Assembly (NCBI GenBank): GCA_963708135.1
Contig: OY970192.1
Location: 4,672,001 to 4,736,000 of the forward strand
DNA length: 64,000 bases
Reading direction: 5' to 3'
Origin: an uncultured Gemmatimonadales bacterium
GTDB taxonomy: Bacteria > Gemmatimonadota > Gemmatimonadetes > Longimicrobiales > RSA9
Every line of letters starts with the position of its first letter. Position 1 is the first letter of the stretch. This document shows positions 37,242-46,891 of this stretch, one piece after another. A program made the position numbers and the translations under genes. The notes below the pieces were generated by a model. The model was not told the DNA's origin. It saw only the letters and a program-made list of their open reading frames with translations, and did no database searches.

Positions 37242-38797
37242 GAGTGGGAGAGTGGGGGAGCGGGAGCTGCGACCTGCTTTCCCGCGCCCTCGCACTGCTG
37301 GACGCGACGCCGGTGCCGGCGCGCGCGGGATTCCTTCTTCCGGCGCCGACTACGTGCGGCCCGCCGGTTGGCCGCGCCGGAGGCGCACGCCGGAATCCAC
37401 TTTCGGGCCCGGTATGGGCGGCGCGCGGAGACGCTGCCCCGTCCCCCACTCCCCCACTCCCCCACTCCCCGCCGCCAGGCGCCCGCGCCCCCAGAGTGGG
37501 AGAGTGGGCGAGTGGGAGCTGCGGCCTGCTTTCCCGCGCCCTCACATCGCCGGGCGCGACGCCGGTGCCGGCGCGCGCGGGATTCCCTTCTTCCGACGCC
37601 GGCCACGTGCGGCCGACCGGCTGCTCGCGCGGACCGGCTGCTCGCGCCGGAGGCGCACGCCGGAATCCACTCTCGGACCCGGTATGGGCGGCGCGCGGCG
37701 ACGCTGCCCCGTCCGCCACTCTCCCACTCTCCCACTCTCCGCCGCCGGGCGCCCGCGCCCCCAGAGTGGGAGAGTGGGTGAGTGGGATCTGCGGCCTGCT
37801 TTCCCGCACTCTCGCATCGCCGGGCGCGACGCCGGTGCCGGCGCGCGCGGGATTCCTTCTTCCGGCGCCGACTACGTGCGGCCCGCCGGTTGGCCGCGCC
37901 GGAGGCGCACGCCGGAATCCACTTTCGGGCCCGGTTTGGGCGGCGCGCGGAGACGCTGTTCCGTCCGCCACTCTCCCACTCTCCCACTCTCCGCCGCCAG
38001 GCGCCCCGCCCCAGAGTGGGAGAGTGGGCGAGTGGGAGCTGCGGCCTGCGTTCCCGCGCCCCTATATCGCCGGGCGCGACGCCGGTGCCGGCGCGCGCGG
38101 GATTCCTTCTTCCGGCGCCGACTACGTGCGGCCCACCGGCTGGTCCGCGCCGGAGGCGCACGCCGGAATCCACTTTCGGGCCCGGTATGGGCGGCGCGCG
38201 GAGACGCTGCCCCGTCCGCCACTCTCCCACTCTCCCACTCCCCGCCGCCAGGCGCCCGCGCCCCCAGAGTGGGAGAGTGGGCGAGTGGGAGCTGCGGCCT
38301 GCTTTCCCGCGCCCCTATATCGCCGGGCGCGACGCCGGTGCCGGCGCGCGCGGGATTCCTTCTTCCGGCGCCGACTACGTGCGGCCCGCCGGTTGGCCGC
38401 GCCGGAGGCGCACGCCGGAATCCACTTTCGGGCCCGGTTTGGGCGGCGCGCGGCGACGCTGCCCCGTCCGCCACTCTCCCACTCTCCCACTCTCCGCCGC
38501 CGGGCGCCCCGCCCCCAGAGTGGGAGAGTGGGCGAGTGGGAGCTGCGGCCTGCGTTCCCGCGCCCCTATATCGCCGGGCGCGACGCCGGTGCCGGCGCGC
38601 GCGGGATTCCTTCTTCCGGCGCCGACTACGTGCGGCCCGCCGGTTGGCCGCGCCGGAGGCGCACGCCGGAATCCACTTTCGGGCCCGGTATGGGCGGCGC
38701 GCGGAGACGCTGCCCCGTCCCCCACTCTCCCACTCCCCCACTCTCCGCCGCCAGGCGACGCTGCCCCGTCCCCCACTCTCCCACTCCCCCACTCTCT
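37242..38797. repeat. Tandem array of six ~250-bp units with octamer inverted termini
   Basis: Units start at 37242, 37494, 37764, 38014, 38267 and 38518 (first five are 252, 270, 250, 253, 251 bp). Each runs (GAGTGGGN)x3 ... (NCCCACTC)x3. An extra right end lies at ~38755-38797. Confidence 0.95.
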
Positions 38798-38860
38798 CAA
38801 TCTTGTCGCGTCCCGCGGCGCTCCCTACGTTTCAGCCGGATCCTCCAACCCCGTGTCGCC

Positions 38861-39445
38861 ATGGCCAAGAGACCCGCGCCGCCGCCCTCCCTGCCGCCCG
38901 GCATCGACCGTCGGGGCTTCCTCAGGACGACGACCGGCGGCGCCGCCGCGCTGCTCGTCGCCTCGGTGCTTCCGGCCGGCTGCGCCGCGGATTACCCGCA
39001 GGCGGCCGAGGATGGGGCCACGCTGCGCTCGCTCACGCCGAAGCAGTACGCGACGACGCGCTCGGTGGCGGAGGCGATGCTCGTCGATGTCCCCGTGGCG
39101 CCGGCGGCGATCGCGGCCGACATGGACCGGGAGATGGAGCGCGTCGGCGACCCGGTGGCCCACGACCTCAAGGTGGTGCTCGCGCTGATCGAGAACCTCA
39201 CGTTCTTCTCCGGCCACGTGCGGCCGTTCTCGTCGCTTTCCATCGAGGACCGGCGGGGGACGCTGCACGGCTGGGCGACGAGCCGCTTCAACCTGCGGCG
39301 CGGCGCCTACCAGGCGCTCAAGGCATTCGTCATGTTCTACGCCTACTCCAGCGACTCGACCCGCCCGCTGACCCACTTCCCGGGACCGTGGCCGGAGCGC
39401 TTCAAGCTGCCGGCGACCCCGATCGACTTCGGGGAGGTCACATGA
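38861..39445 (+). CDS. Tat-exported small partner subunit (gluconate-2-dehydrogenase subunit-3-like)
   Basis: Twin-arginine DRRGFLR signal with a following Cys, RPFSSLSIEDR motif. Translationally coupled to the GMC gene. Confidence 0.78.
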   Translation: MAKRPAPPPSLPPGIDRRGFLRTTTGGAAALLVASVLPAGCAADYPQAAEDGATLRSLTPKQYATTRSVAEAMLVDVPVAPAAIAADMDREMERVGDPVAHDLKVVLALIENLTFFSGHVRPFSSLSIEDRRGTLHGWATSRFNLRRGAYQALKAFVMFYAYSSDSTRPLTHFPGPWPERFKLPATPIDFGEVT

Positions 39446-40983
39446 TCATCCAGGGCACGAACCGGGCGGGGGACGTGCGGGAGAGCGCCGACGCCGTCGT
39501 GGTCGGCACGGGCGCGGGCGGCGGCACGCTCGGCGCCTACCTTGCGGAGCGCGGCTGGAAGGTGGTCATGCTGGAGAAGGGCGGCTTCTGGCGCGCGGAG
39601 GACTTCACGCAGCGCGAGGAGGACGCCATGGCCGACTTCAACGGCCGGCGCGGCCTCGATACCACCACCGACAACGCGATCTTCCTGAACTACGCCGAGG
39701 CGGTGGGCGGCTGCACGGTCCACTACTGGGGCGACTCGTTCCGCACCCCCGACGATCGGCTGGAGCGCTGGCGCACGGAGAAGGGGCTCGAGTGGATGCG
39801 CCCCGAGGTGCTCGGGCCGCACTGGGATGCCATCGAGAAGGAGCTCGGCATCCACACGGCCGAGGAGCAGCTCTTCAACGACAACAACCGCATGGTGCGG
39901 AAGGGGTGCGAGGCGCTGGGCGTCGAGGCGGGCGCGGTGCCGACCGCGCGCGTCGGGTGCTACGCCTGCGGCTGGACGCAGTACGGCTGCGCGTACAACA
40001 AGAAGAGCTCGCAGCTGATCACGACTGTCCCGCGCGTCTCGAAGGCGGGCGGGCGGGTCTACAGCGACGCGCACGTGACCCGGATCATCATCCAGGACGG
40101 GCGGGCGCGCGGCGTCGAGGGTGCCCTCGTCGAACGCGCGACGAAAAAGCCGCACGCGCGCATTCGCGTGGACGCGCCGGTGGTGGTGCTGGCCGGCGGC
40201 TCGCTCGGCACGGCAGACCTGCTGCTGCGTAACATCGACGATCCCGTGGTGGGGCGGCGCCTCTACATCAACCCGCACTTCTTCGTGTTCGCGGATTTCG
40301 GGCGCGAGATCGAGAACGTCACCGGGATCCCATGCGCCTACGCCGTGCACGGTTTCCGGCAGGTGAAGCGCGACGCCGGCGGGGGGTATGCGGGCGGCGG
40401 CTACATCATGCTCTCCAGCCACCAGTCGCCAGGGGTGACCGCCGCGATCCTGAACGGCTTCGGCGCGGATCACACGGAGCAGATGAGGAAGTACCGGCAC
40501 TACGGTTCGCTCATGTCCGTCATCGACGAGGACAACCCGGGCCGCGTCTTTCTCGACAACGGCATCCGCAAGACGGAGTTCCACCTGAAGGGCATCGACC
40601 GCCTCAAGGCCGTCGACTACATGAAGAACGCCTCGCGCATCTTCCTCGCCGCCGGCGCGCGCGAAGTGCGCATCCCGGACATCTACGGCACCGTCGTCCG
40701 CACCGAGGCCGACGTCCGCTCCCACATCACGCTCCGCTCCACGGAGCCCAACGCGCAGTTCGTGGCCGGTAGCCATCTCCAGGGCACCGCCCCGCTCGGC
40801 GCCGATCCCGCCGACTCCTTCGCCGGCCCTACGGGCGAGGCGCACCGGGTGAAGGGGCTGTACGTGGCGGACGGCGCCGCCATGCCGACCTCGATCTCCG
40901 TCGATCCGTCGCTCACCATCATGGGCGTGGCGCGCCATGTCGCGGCGGGCATAGACGAGAGGCACGGGCGGGGGCATGCGTAG
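39442..40983 (+). CDS. GMC-family FAD oxidoreductase
   Basis: VVVGTGAGGG, LEKGG, C..CG.C-like segment, SHLQGT, GLYVADG..PTS..VDPSLTI. GGAGG RBS. Confidence 0.92.
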   Translation: MIIQGTNRAGDVRESADAVVVGTGAGGGTLGAYLAERGWKVVMLEKGGFWRAEDFTQREEDAMADFNGRRGLDTTTDNAIFLNYAEAVGGCTVHYWGDSFRTPDDRLERWRTEKGLEWMRPEVLGPHWDAIEKELGIHTAEEQLFNDNNRMVRKGCEALGVEAGAVPTARVGCYACGWTQYGCAYNKKSSQLITTVPRVSKAGGRVYSDAHVTRIIIQDGRARGVEGALVERATKKPHARIRVDAPVVVLAGGSLGTADLLLRNIDDPVVGRRLYINPHFFVFADFGREIENVTGIPCAYAVHGFRQVKRDAGGGYAGGGYIMLSSHQSPGVTAAILNGFGADHTEQMRKYRHYGSLMSVIDEDNPGRVFLDNGIRKTEFHLKGIDRLKAVDYMKNASRIFLAAGAREVRIPDIYGTVVRTEADVRSHITLRSTEPNAQFVAGSHLQGTAPLGADPADSFAGPTGEAHRVKGLYVADGAAMPTSISVDPSLTIMGVARHVAAGIDERHGRGHA

Positions 40984-41109
40984 GGAGACCACGCCGCCCC
41001 GAGGAAAGGTCAGGGGCCGGGCACGGCGCCTGCGGTGAGGAGCCGCGTCCTGTTCCCGACCGAGGATCATGCCCGCGGACCGTGACCCCGCCCCTGCCCC
41101 TGCGCTGAT

Positions 41110-41784
41110 GTGAGCTCGCCCGATCCCGCCGGACTCGCCTCGCTCCTCGACCGCCACGCTCCCCTGACGCCCGTTCCGCTCTCGCCCGAGGTTCGCGTCT
41201 TCACGGCGCGCTCGCTGGTGGAGGTCTGGGGCGCGGCGGAGGCGCTCGCGGGGCGGCAGCTGCCCTCTCCCTTCTGGGCGTACGCCTGGCCGGCGGGGGC
41301 GGCGCTCGCGCGCGTGGTGCTGGACGGGGTCGTGGACGTGAGGGGGCTGCGCGTGCTGGACATCGGGGCGGGCGGCGGCGTCGCGTCGCTGGCGGCGGCG
41401 CGGGCGGGGGCGGCGAGCGTCGTCGCCAACGACATCGACCCGTGGGCGCTCGCCACGGCGCGGCTGGCGGCGGAGCGGCAGGGGGTGGAGCTGATCCCGC
41501 TGCTGTCGGACCTCACGCGGGAGCCCGCCGCGGCCGCGGGATTCGACGTGGTGCTGTGCGGCGACCTCGCGTACGAGAGTGGGGAGGCGCCGCGCCAGCG
41601 GGCGCTGCTCGAGTGGCTGGCCGCCGGCGGCGCCCGCGTGGTCGTGGCGGACGCGGGACGGGCGTACTTCGAGGGTGCCGGCCTGGAGACGCTGGCCCGC
41701 TACGATGTCGACGTGCCGCGGGACCTGGAGGGCGTCGCGGTGCGCGCGGCGGTCGTCTACCGGCTCATCCCAGGAGCTCGCTGA
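41110..41784 (+). CDS. Class I SAM methyltransferase (PrmA/METTL20-like)
   Basis: PFWAYAWPAG, VLDIGAGGG, NDID, GDLAY, VADAGR. Confidence 0.85.
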   Translation: MSSPDPAGLASLLDRHAPLTPVPLSPEVRVFTARSLVEVWGAAEALAGRQLPSPFWAYAWPAGAALARVVLDGVVDVRGLRVLDIGAGGGVASLAAARAGAASVVANDIDPWALATARLAAERQGVELIPLLSDLTREPAAAAGFDVVLCGDLAYESGEAPRQRALLEWLAAGGARVVVADAGRAYFEGAGLETLARYDVDVPRDLEGVAVRAAVVYRLIPGAR

Positions 41785-42055
41785 GGCGGGACAGGTCGAT
41801 GTTGCCGCCGCTCACGACGGCCACCTCCGGCCGCCGCCCCTTCGCGGCGGCGGCAACACCGGAGATGAGGCCGCCGCCACCGACCGGGACCACGATCGCG
41901 TCGACGTCCGGCAGGTCCTCGAGCACCTCCAACCCGAGCGTCCCCTGGCCGGCCACGACGTCGGCATCGTCGAACGGGTGCACCAGCACCCGCCCCTCCT
42001 CGCGCCGCAGCCGCTCCATCTCCTCGAAGGCCTCGTACACGGTGCCGCGAAGCAC
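41765..42055 (-). pseudogene. Threonine/serine dehydratase remnant (5' truncated, internally deleted)
   Basis: VHPFDDADVVAGQGTLGLE..VPVGGGGLISG joins directly to the C-terminal VVSGGNID. No PLP-lysine region. The 5' end abuts the octamer repeat element. Confidence 0.85.
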
Positions 42056-42056
42056 G

Positions 42057-42297
42057 GAGTGGGAGAGTGGGACAGTGGGAGAGTGGAAGAGTGGGCGATG
42101 GTCGTGGGGTACGCGGCTTCGGGGCGTGAGCGGCCGGCGCACCCGCTCCCCCTGCCCGGAGTGCGGCGGCGAGGTAGTCGCCGCAGGCGGGAACTCGGAG
42201 GCCGCCGGGCGGCGCACCCACTCTCCCACTCGGAGTGAGGCGGCGAGGTAGTCGCCGCAGGCGGGAGCTCGGAGGTCGCCGGGCGGTTCACCCACTC
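42057..42297. repeat. Octamer-terminated element with an internal 74-bp-period direct repeat
   Basis: GAGTGGGA-like x5 at 42057-42095, CCCACTCTCCCACTC at ~42217-42231, and two copies of CGGAGTG.GGCGGCGAGGTAGTCGCCGCAGGCGGGA... at ~42157 and ~42231. Confidence 0.8.
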
Positions 42298-42359
42298 CGG
42301 CGGGTGCAACCCGGTACGGACCTTGCCCGATAGGTCCCGGTCCAGCGAGGAACGGAGGC

Positions 42360-44324
42360 ATGAAAATCGACCGCAGGAACGCGAGCCCCGAGCGCAGGCG
42401 GACGGATCGGCGCGGCTCGAACGACCGCCGGGACGGACCGATGGGGGACAAGCGCATGCGCTTCTCCATCGTCTATTTCGTGCTGGTACTCGCGCTCCTT
42501 TTCGGGCTGAACTACATCCTGGGCCAGCAGCACACGAAGGAGCTGCCCTACAGCCAGCTGAAGGCGAAGCTCGCGGCGGGGCAGGTCAAGTCGGTCGTGC
42601 TGGGGCAGACGAGCGTCAAGGCGGTGCCGGTGGACAGCCTCAAGAAGGCTGGGGCGCCGGACGCGTGGACGGCCGTTCGCGTGCAAGGCGACGACCGTCT
42701 CGTTCCGCTGCTGGACTCGATGGATGTCAGCTACGCGGGCACGACGCAGGGCTGGTTCAGCCAGGCGCTCGGCTGGCTGCTGCCGCTGGGCCTGCTCTTC
42801 CTGTTCTGGATGTGGATGATCCGGCGCATGAACCCGGCGCAGGGCGTCATGACGGTGGGGAAGAACCGCGCTCGCATCGTGGGCGTGGAGGGGACGGGGG
42901 TGACGTTCGACGACGTGGCGGGGGCGGACGAGGCGAAGCAGGAGCTGGAGGAGGTCGTCGAATTCCTGAAGACGCCGGAGAAGTTCGCGAAGCTCGGGGC
43001 CAAGATCCCGAAGGGAGTGCTGCTGGTCGGCCCGCCTGGGACGGGGAAGACGCTGCTCGCGCGCGCCGTGGCGGGGGAGGCGGGGGTCACGTTCTTCTCG
43101 ATCAACGGCTCGGAGTTCGTGGAGATGTTCGTGGGTGTGGGCGCGGCGCGGGTGCGCGACCTGTTCGAGCAGGCCAAGGCGCAGGCGCCGTGCATCGTCT
43201 TCATCGACGAGCTGGACGCGCTCGGCAAGGCGCGCGGGGTGAGCGGGATCATGGGCGGGCACGACGAGCGGGAACAGACGCTGAACCAGCTGCTCGTGGA
43301 GATGGACGGCTTCGATCCCCGCCGCGGCGTCATCATCATGGCGGCGACGAACCGGCCGGAGATCCTGGACCCGGCGCTGCTGCGGCCGGGCCGCTTCGAC
43401 CGGCAGGTGGTGGTGGACCGGCCGGACCTGAACGGGCGGGAGGCGATCCTGCGGGTGCACTCGAAGGAGGTCAAGCTCGCCGGGGACGTGGACCTGCGCA
43501 TCGTCGCCCGGCGCACGCCCGGCTTCGTGGGCGCGGACCTGGCCAACGTGCTGAACGAGGGTGCGCTGCTCGCGGCTCGCCGGGACAAGGACCGGGTCGA
43601 GATGGCCGACATCGACGCTGCGATAGACCGCGTCGTCGCGGGCCTGGAGAAGCGGAACCGGCTGATCAACGAGAAGGAGCGCGAGATCGTGGCGTTCCAC
43701 GAGGCCGGGCACGCGCTCGTGGCGGAGGGCGTGGACACCGCGGACCCGGTGCACAAGATCTCGATCATCCCGCGCGGCGTGGGGGCGCTCGGCTACACGC
43801 AGCAGCTGCCGCTCGACGAGCGGTTCCTGCTGCAGCGGCGGGAGCTCATGGACCGGCTGGCGGTGCTGCTCGGCGGCCGCGCCGCGGAGGAGCTGGTCTT
43901 CCACGAGATCTCGAGCGGCGCGAGCAACGACCTGGAGCGGGCGAGCGACATTGCGCGCCGCATGGTCTCCGAGCTCGGCATGTCGGAGGCGCTCGGGCCG
44001 GTCGCCTTCGGCAAGCGGCGGGGGCCGGGCTTCCTCGACGGCGGCGAGGGTCCGGGCATGGCGCAGGAGCGCAACTACAGCGAGGCCACCGCCGAGACCA
44101 TGGACCAGGAGGTGCGCCGGGTGCTGAACGAAGCACACGATCGGGCATTCTCGATCCTGGAGGGGCAGCGCGCGGTGCTCGACCAGCTCGCGCACCTGCT
44201 GCTCGAGAAGGAGGTCGTGGAGCGGGCGGAGTTGCGCGAGCTCCTCGGCAAGCCGCCGGAGGAGCCCGGCGATGCGCATCGCCCCGAGGTCGGCCATGTC
44301 CCGGGCGACCAGGCCGCGGACTGA
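42360..44324 (+). CDS. ftsH: ATP-dependent zinc metalloprotease FtsH
   Basis: Two TM helices, [44 protein letters not shown]. Confidence 0.97.
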   Translation: MKIDRRNASPERRRTDRRGSNDRRDGPMGDKRMRFSIVYFVLVLALLFGLNYILGQQHTKELPYSQLKAKLAAGQVKSVVLGQTSVKAVPVDSLKKAGAPDAWTAVRVQGDDRLVPLLDSMDVSYAGTTQGWFSQALGWLLPLGLLFLFWMWMIRRMNPAQGVMTVGKNRARIVGVEGTGVTFDDVAGADEAKQELEEVVEFLKTPEKFAKLGAKIPKGVLLVGPPGTGKTLLARAVAGEAGVTFFSINGSEFVEMFVGVGAARVRDLFEQAKAQAPCIVFIDELDALGKARGVSGIMGGHDEREQTLNQLLVEMDGFDPRRGVIIMAATNRPEILDPALLRPGRFDRQVVVDRPDLNGREAILRVHSKEVKLAGDVDLRIVARRTPGFVGADLANVLNEGALLAARRDKDRVEMADIDAAIDRVVAGLEKRNRLINEKEREIVAFHEAGHALVAEGVDTADPVHKISIIPRGVGALGYTQQLPLDERFLLQRRELMDRLAVLLGGRAAEELVFHEISSGASNDLERASDIARRMVSELGMSEALGPVAFGKRRGPGFLDGGEGPGMAQERNYSEATAETMDQEVRRVLNEAHDRAFSILEGQRAVLDQLAHLLLEKEVVERAELRELLGKPPEEPGDAHRPEVGHVPGDQAAD

Positions 44325-44340
44325 GGCGGGCGGGCCGCTG

Positions 44341-45507
44341 ATGGCGCGGGGAGTGGAGGCCCCATCCCAGGGGGCGCCGCAGCCCGGGCATGACGGCGGC
44401 CGCTTCGGCTCGAGCGGGCAGGCGGCGATGTTCGCGCGCTTCCTGGAGAAGCATCGCGGCGAGGTCCACGCCGCTACGCTGCAGGACTACCCCGATCCCG
44501 ACGCGATCTCCTCGGCGCTGGCGTATCGCGCGCTGGCGAGCCGCTTCGACATCGACGTGGACATCGTCTACGAGGGACGGATCAGCCATCAGGAGAACCT
44601 GGCGCTCGTCCACCTGTTGCGCATCGACATGACCCGCGTCACGGACGCGCTCCCGCTCGAGCGCTACGATGGCGCCATCTACATCGACAACCAGGGCACC
44701 ACCACCCGGCTCAGGGACCGCTTCGAGGCCGCCGGCGTGCCCGCCCTGGCCGTCATCGACCACCACGCGCCGCAGGGCGTGCTCACCCCCGAGTATTCCG
44801 ACGTGCGGCCGGTCGGCGCCGCCGGGACGATCCTCACCGACTACCTGCGCAACGGCGGGATCCTCACGCTCCAGCCCGACCGAGAGGAGCACATCCACCT
44901 CGCCACCGCCCTCCTGCACGGGCTGCGGAGCGAGACGGAGGGCTTCATCCGCGCCGGCCCGGAGGAGTACGCGGCGGGCGAGTACCTGGCCCCCTTCATC
45001 GATCCGCAGCTGCTCGAGGCCGTGCTGCGCGTGCAGCGCAGCAAGGGCACGATGGAGGTCATCCGCATCGCGCTGACCGACCACTACACGCGCGGCGGCT
45101 TCTCCGTGGCCGGCGTCGGCTACCTGCGGCACGCGGACCGCGACGCGATCCCCCAGGCCACGGACTTCCTGCTGACCGAGGAGAACATCCACACCGCGGT
45201 GGTCTACGGCATCCTGCTCGGCGAGGGGGAGCGGGAGGTGGTGGTGGGGAGCGTGCGCACCTCCAAGCTCACGCTGGACGTCAACCAGTTCCTGAAGAGC
45301 GCGCTCGGCAGCGATCTGCGCGGACGCTACTACGGCGGCGGGCGCAGCCGCGCCGGCGGCTTCGAGATCCCGGTCGGCTTCCTCGGGGGCACGGAGGACC
45401 GCGAGCAGATGCGGCTGAAGTGGGACACGTTCAACCGTCAGATCCGGACCAAGCTGCTGCGCGCTGCGGGGCTGGAGCCGGAGGACGGCGCGGGGGAGGG
45501 CGCCTGA
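44341..45507 (+). CDS. DHH-family phosphoesterase
   Basis: PDPDAISS, IDNQG, VIDHH, YGGGR..AGG. Start uncertain (44341 or 44428). Confidence 0.88.
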   Translation: MARGVEAPSQGAPQPGHDGGRFGSSGQAAMFARFLEKHRGEVHAATLQDYPDPDAISSALAYRALASRFDIDVDIVYEGRISHQENLALVHLLRIDMTRVTDALPLERYDGAIYIDNQGTTTRLRDRFEAAGVPALAVIDHHAPQGVLTPEYSDVRPVGAAGTILTDYLRNGGILTLQPDREEHIHLATALLHGLRSETEGFIRAGPEEYAAGEYLAPFIDPQLLEAVLRVQRSKGTMEVIRIALTDHYTRGGFSVAGVGYLRHADRDAIPQATDFLLTEENIHTAVVYGILLGEGEREVVVGSVRTSKLTLDVNQFLKSALGSDLRGRYYGGGRSRAGGFEIPVGFLGGTEDREQMRLKWDTFNRQIRTKLLRAAGLEPEDGAGEGA

Positions 45508-45525
45508 GCGGGCGCGGCCGCCCGT

Positions 45526-45978
45526 TCACGGCAGCTCGCGGCGGATCTCCTCGGCGATCTCAGGCGTGATCGGCTGGCGGCCGGCAAAGCCGCCATCGAT
45601 CTCGTGCCAGAAGGCGACGCGCGACTCACCCAGCTTCCAGCACAGCAGGACCGGGCGGCCGCGGTAGAGGCTGTGGAAGTCGATCAGCCCTTCCTGGAAG
45701 TCCTTGACCACGCAACCCACCTGGTCGAGCTCCCGGAGATAGCCGTGCAGCCGCTCGGCGTAGGCGTCCACGGCGTCGCTCAGCGACTGCAGCTTCGAGC
45801 CGAGCGCCTCCCCCGTCGAGGCATCGAGCTGCCGGTAGAGCGAGCGCTTGCGCTGGAACTCCGGGTAGCCGTCCACGATGTCGCGCACGATGCGCGCGAC
45901 CAGCGGCAGCGTCCGGCTCGCCTCCTCGACCGTGAAGAAGCGCGGCTGGCGCGCGCCGCCCGAAGCCGGCTCGCTCAT
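45526..45978 (-). CDS. DUF2203 family protein
   Basis: FFTVEEA..LPLV, VKD..GLIDF, LLCWKLGE..FWH..GGFAGRQPI. Confidence 0.88.
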   Translation of the reverse strand: MSEPASGGARQPRFFTVEEASRTLPLVARIVRDIVDGYPEFQRKRSLYRQLDASTGEALGSKLQSLSDAVDAYAERLHGYLRELDQVGCVVKDFQEGLIDFHSLYRGRPVLLCWKLGESRVAFWHEIDGGFAGRQPITPEIAEEIRRELP

Positions 45979-46634
45979 GCGTCGCCCTCGGCGAGCACCC
46001 ACTCGCAGCCGGCCGCGCCCCGGACCGCGCAGGCGCTGTGCAGCACCCGGGCGCGCGTGCCGGTGAACGCCGCCACCAGCTCCTCGAGTGCGCCGCCGTA
46101 CAGCACGCAGGCAGTGCCGCTCGGGTCGAGCGTCGTAGCCAGGGTTCCGCTCGCCTCCACGTGGAGTGGCCGCCCCGAGACCCGCACGGTCCCGCCGCCG
46201 GCGAGCCCGCGCAGCAGGCGGCCGGCGGAGCGGCGGATGTAGGCGAAGGAGAGCGCGCGCGGGAGCGAGGGCAGGACGCGCGCGAGGAAGCGGGGCGCCC
46301 GCGCCACGTGCTCGCGCGCAACGCGGTGGCCGGCGTCGCGCAGGATCGCCTCGGCGTCCGGCCGCCGGAGCACGAGCTGGATGAGGTTGGCCGCCTCGGC
46401 GCTCGGCACCCGCCGTCCGCGGCGGGCCGCGCGCTCGTAGTTGTGGATCTGCGACTCGACCACCCCGCTCAGCCCGAGGCGGCGGGGCAGACTGGCCGAC
46501 AGGTCCTCGTCCTCCAGGATCTCGCCCGGGCGGTCGTGTGCCCGCACCGAGAGGAGCAGGGACAGCGGGAGGAACGGCGTGACCGGCTCATCGGGGAGCG
46601 ATCCGCCTGTGACATCGTCGGTTGCCGCGCTCAC
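45975..46634 (-). CDS. V4R-like small-molecule-binding domain protein
   Basis: C-terminal ACVLYGGALEEL...VLHSACAVRGAAGCEW, the three-Cys V4R pattern. Coupled to DUF2203. Confidence 0.7.
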   Translation of the reverse strand: MSAATDDVTGGSLPDEPVTPFLPLSLLLSVRAHDRPGEILEDEDLSASLPRRLGLSGVVESQIHNYERAARRGRRVPSAEAANLIQLVLRRPDAEAILRDAGHRVAREHVARAPRFLARVLPSLPRALSFAYIRRSAGRLLRGLAGGGTVRVSGRPLHVEASGTLATTLDPSGTACVLYGGALEELVAAFTGTRARVLHSACAVRGAAGCEWVLAEGDA

Positions 46635-46697
46635 TGGTGCACCTTACCCTCAGCGGGGCGTAGATTCGCGCCGCTCAAGAGAAGTGCTTCGGCGTCC

Positions 46698-46856
46698 GGG
46701 TAGGGAGAGCCAGCGTCGCTTGCCGCTCGACGGCCCGCATGAGACCCGCTCCCCTGCCCGGCGTGGAAGGCCCCAACCGACCACAGGGTGTAGCGCCACG
46801 GCACCTGAAGCCGAGAGCGCCTTTCAGTGAGCGATCGGTGAGACCTTCCAACGCCG
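46698..46856 (+). ncRNA. Putative IS110 bridge RNA (target- and donor-binding loops)
   Basis: Two consecutive stem-loops. The first holds GCCGCTC and GCATGAG, matching the flanks. The second holds CACAGGGTGT, matching the element right end. Confidence 0.75.
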
Positions 46857-46891
46857 GAGCGAGGGAGTGAATCTCTGCTCGGAGGTGAGGC

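Noticed and set aside
37242..38797. CRISPR array
   Set aside because: Units are ~250 bp and near-identical throughout, with no unique spacers and no cas genes.
37126..39188. Long ORFs through the tandem array, including apparent N-terminal extensions of the GMC, Tat subunit and ADH genes
   Set aside because: Several frames on both strands are open because the GC-rich repeat lacks stops. Units are mostly not multiples of 3, and the real genes have their own starts at 37111, 38861 and 39442.
46678..46690. Canonical -10 box for the IS110 circle-junction promoter
   Set aside because: 17 nt after TTGACA across the junction gives AGTGCT, a poor match, so no promoter was called.
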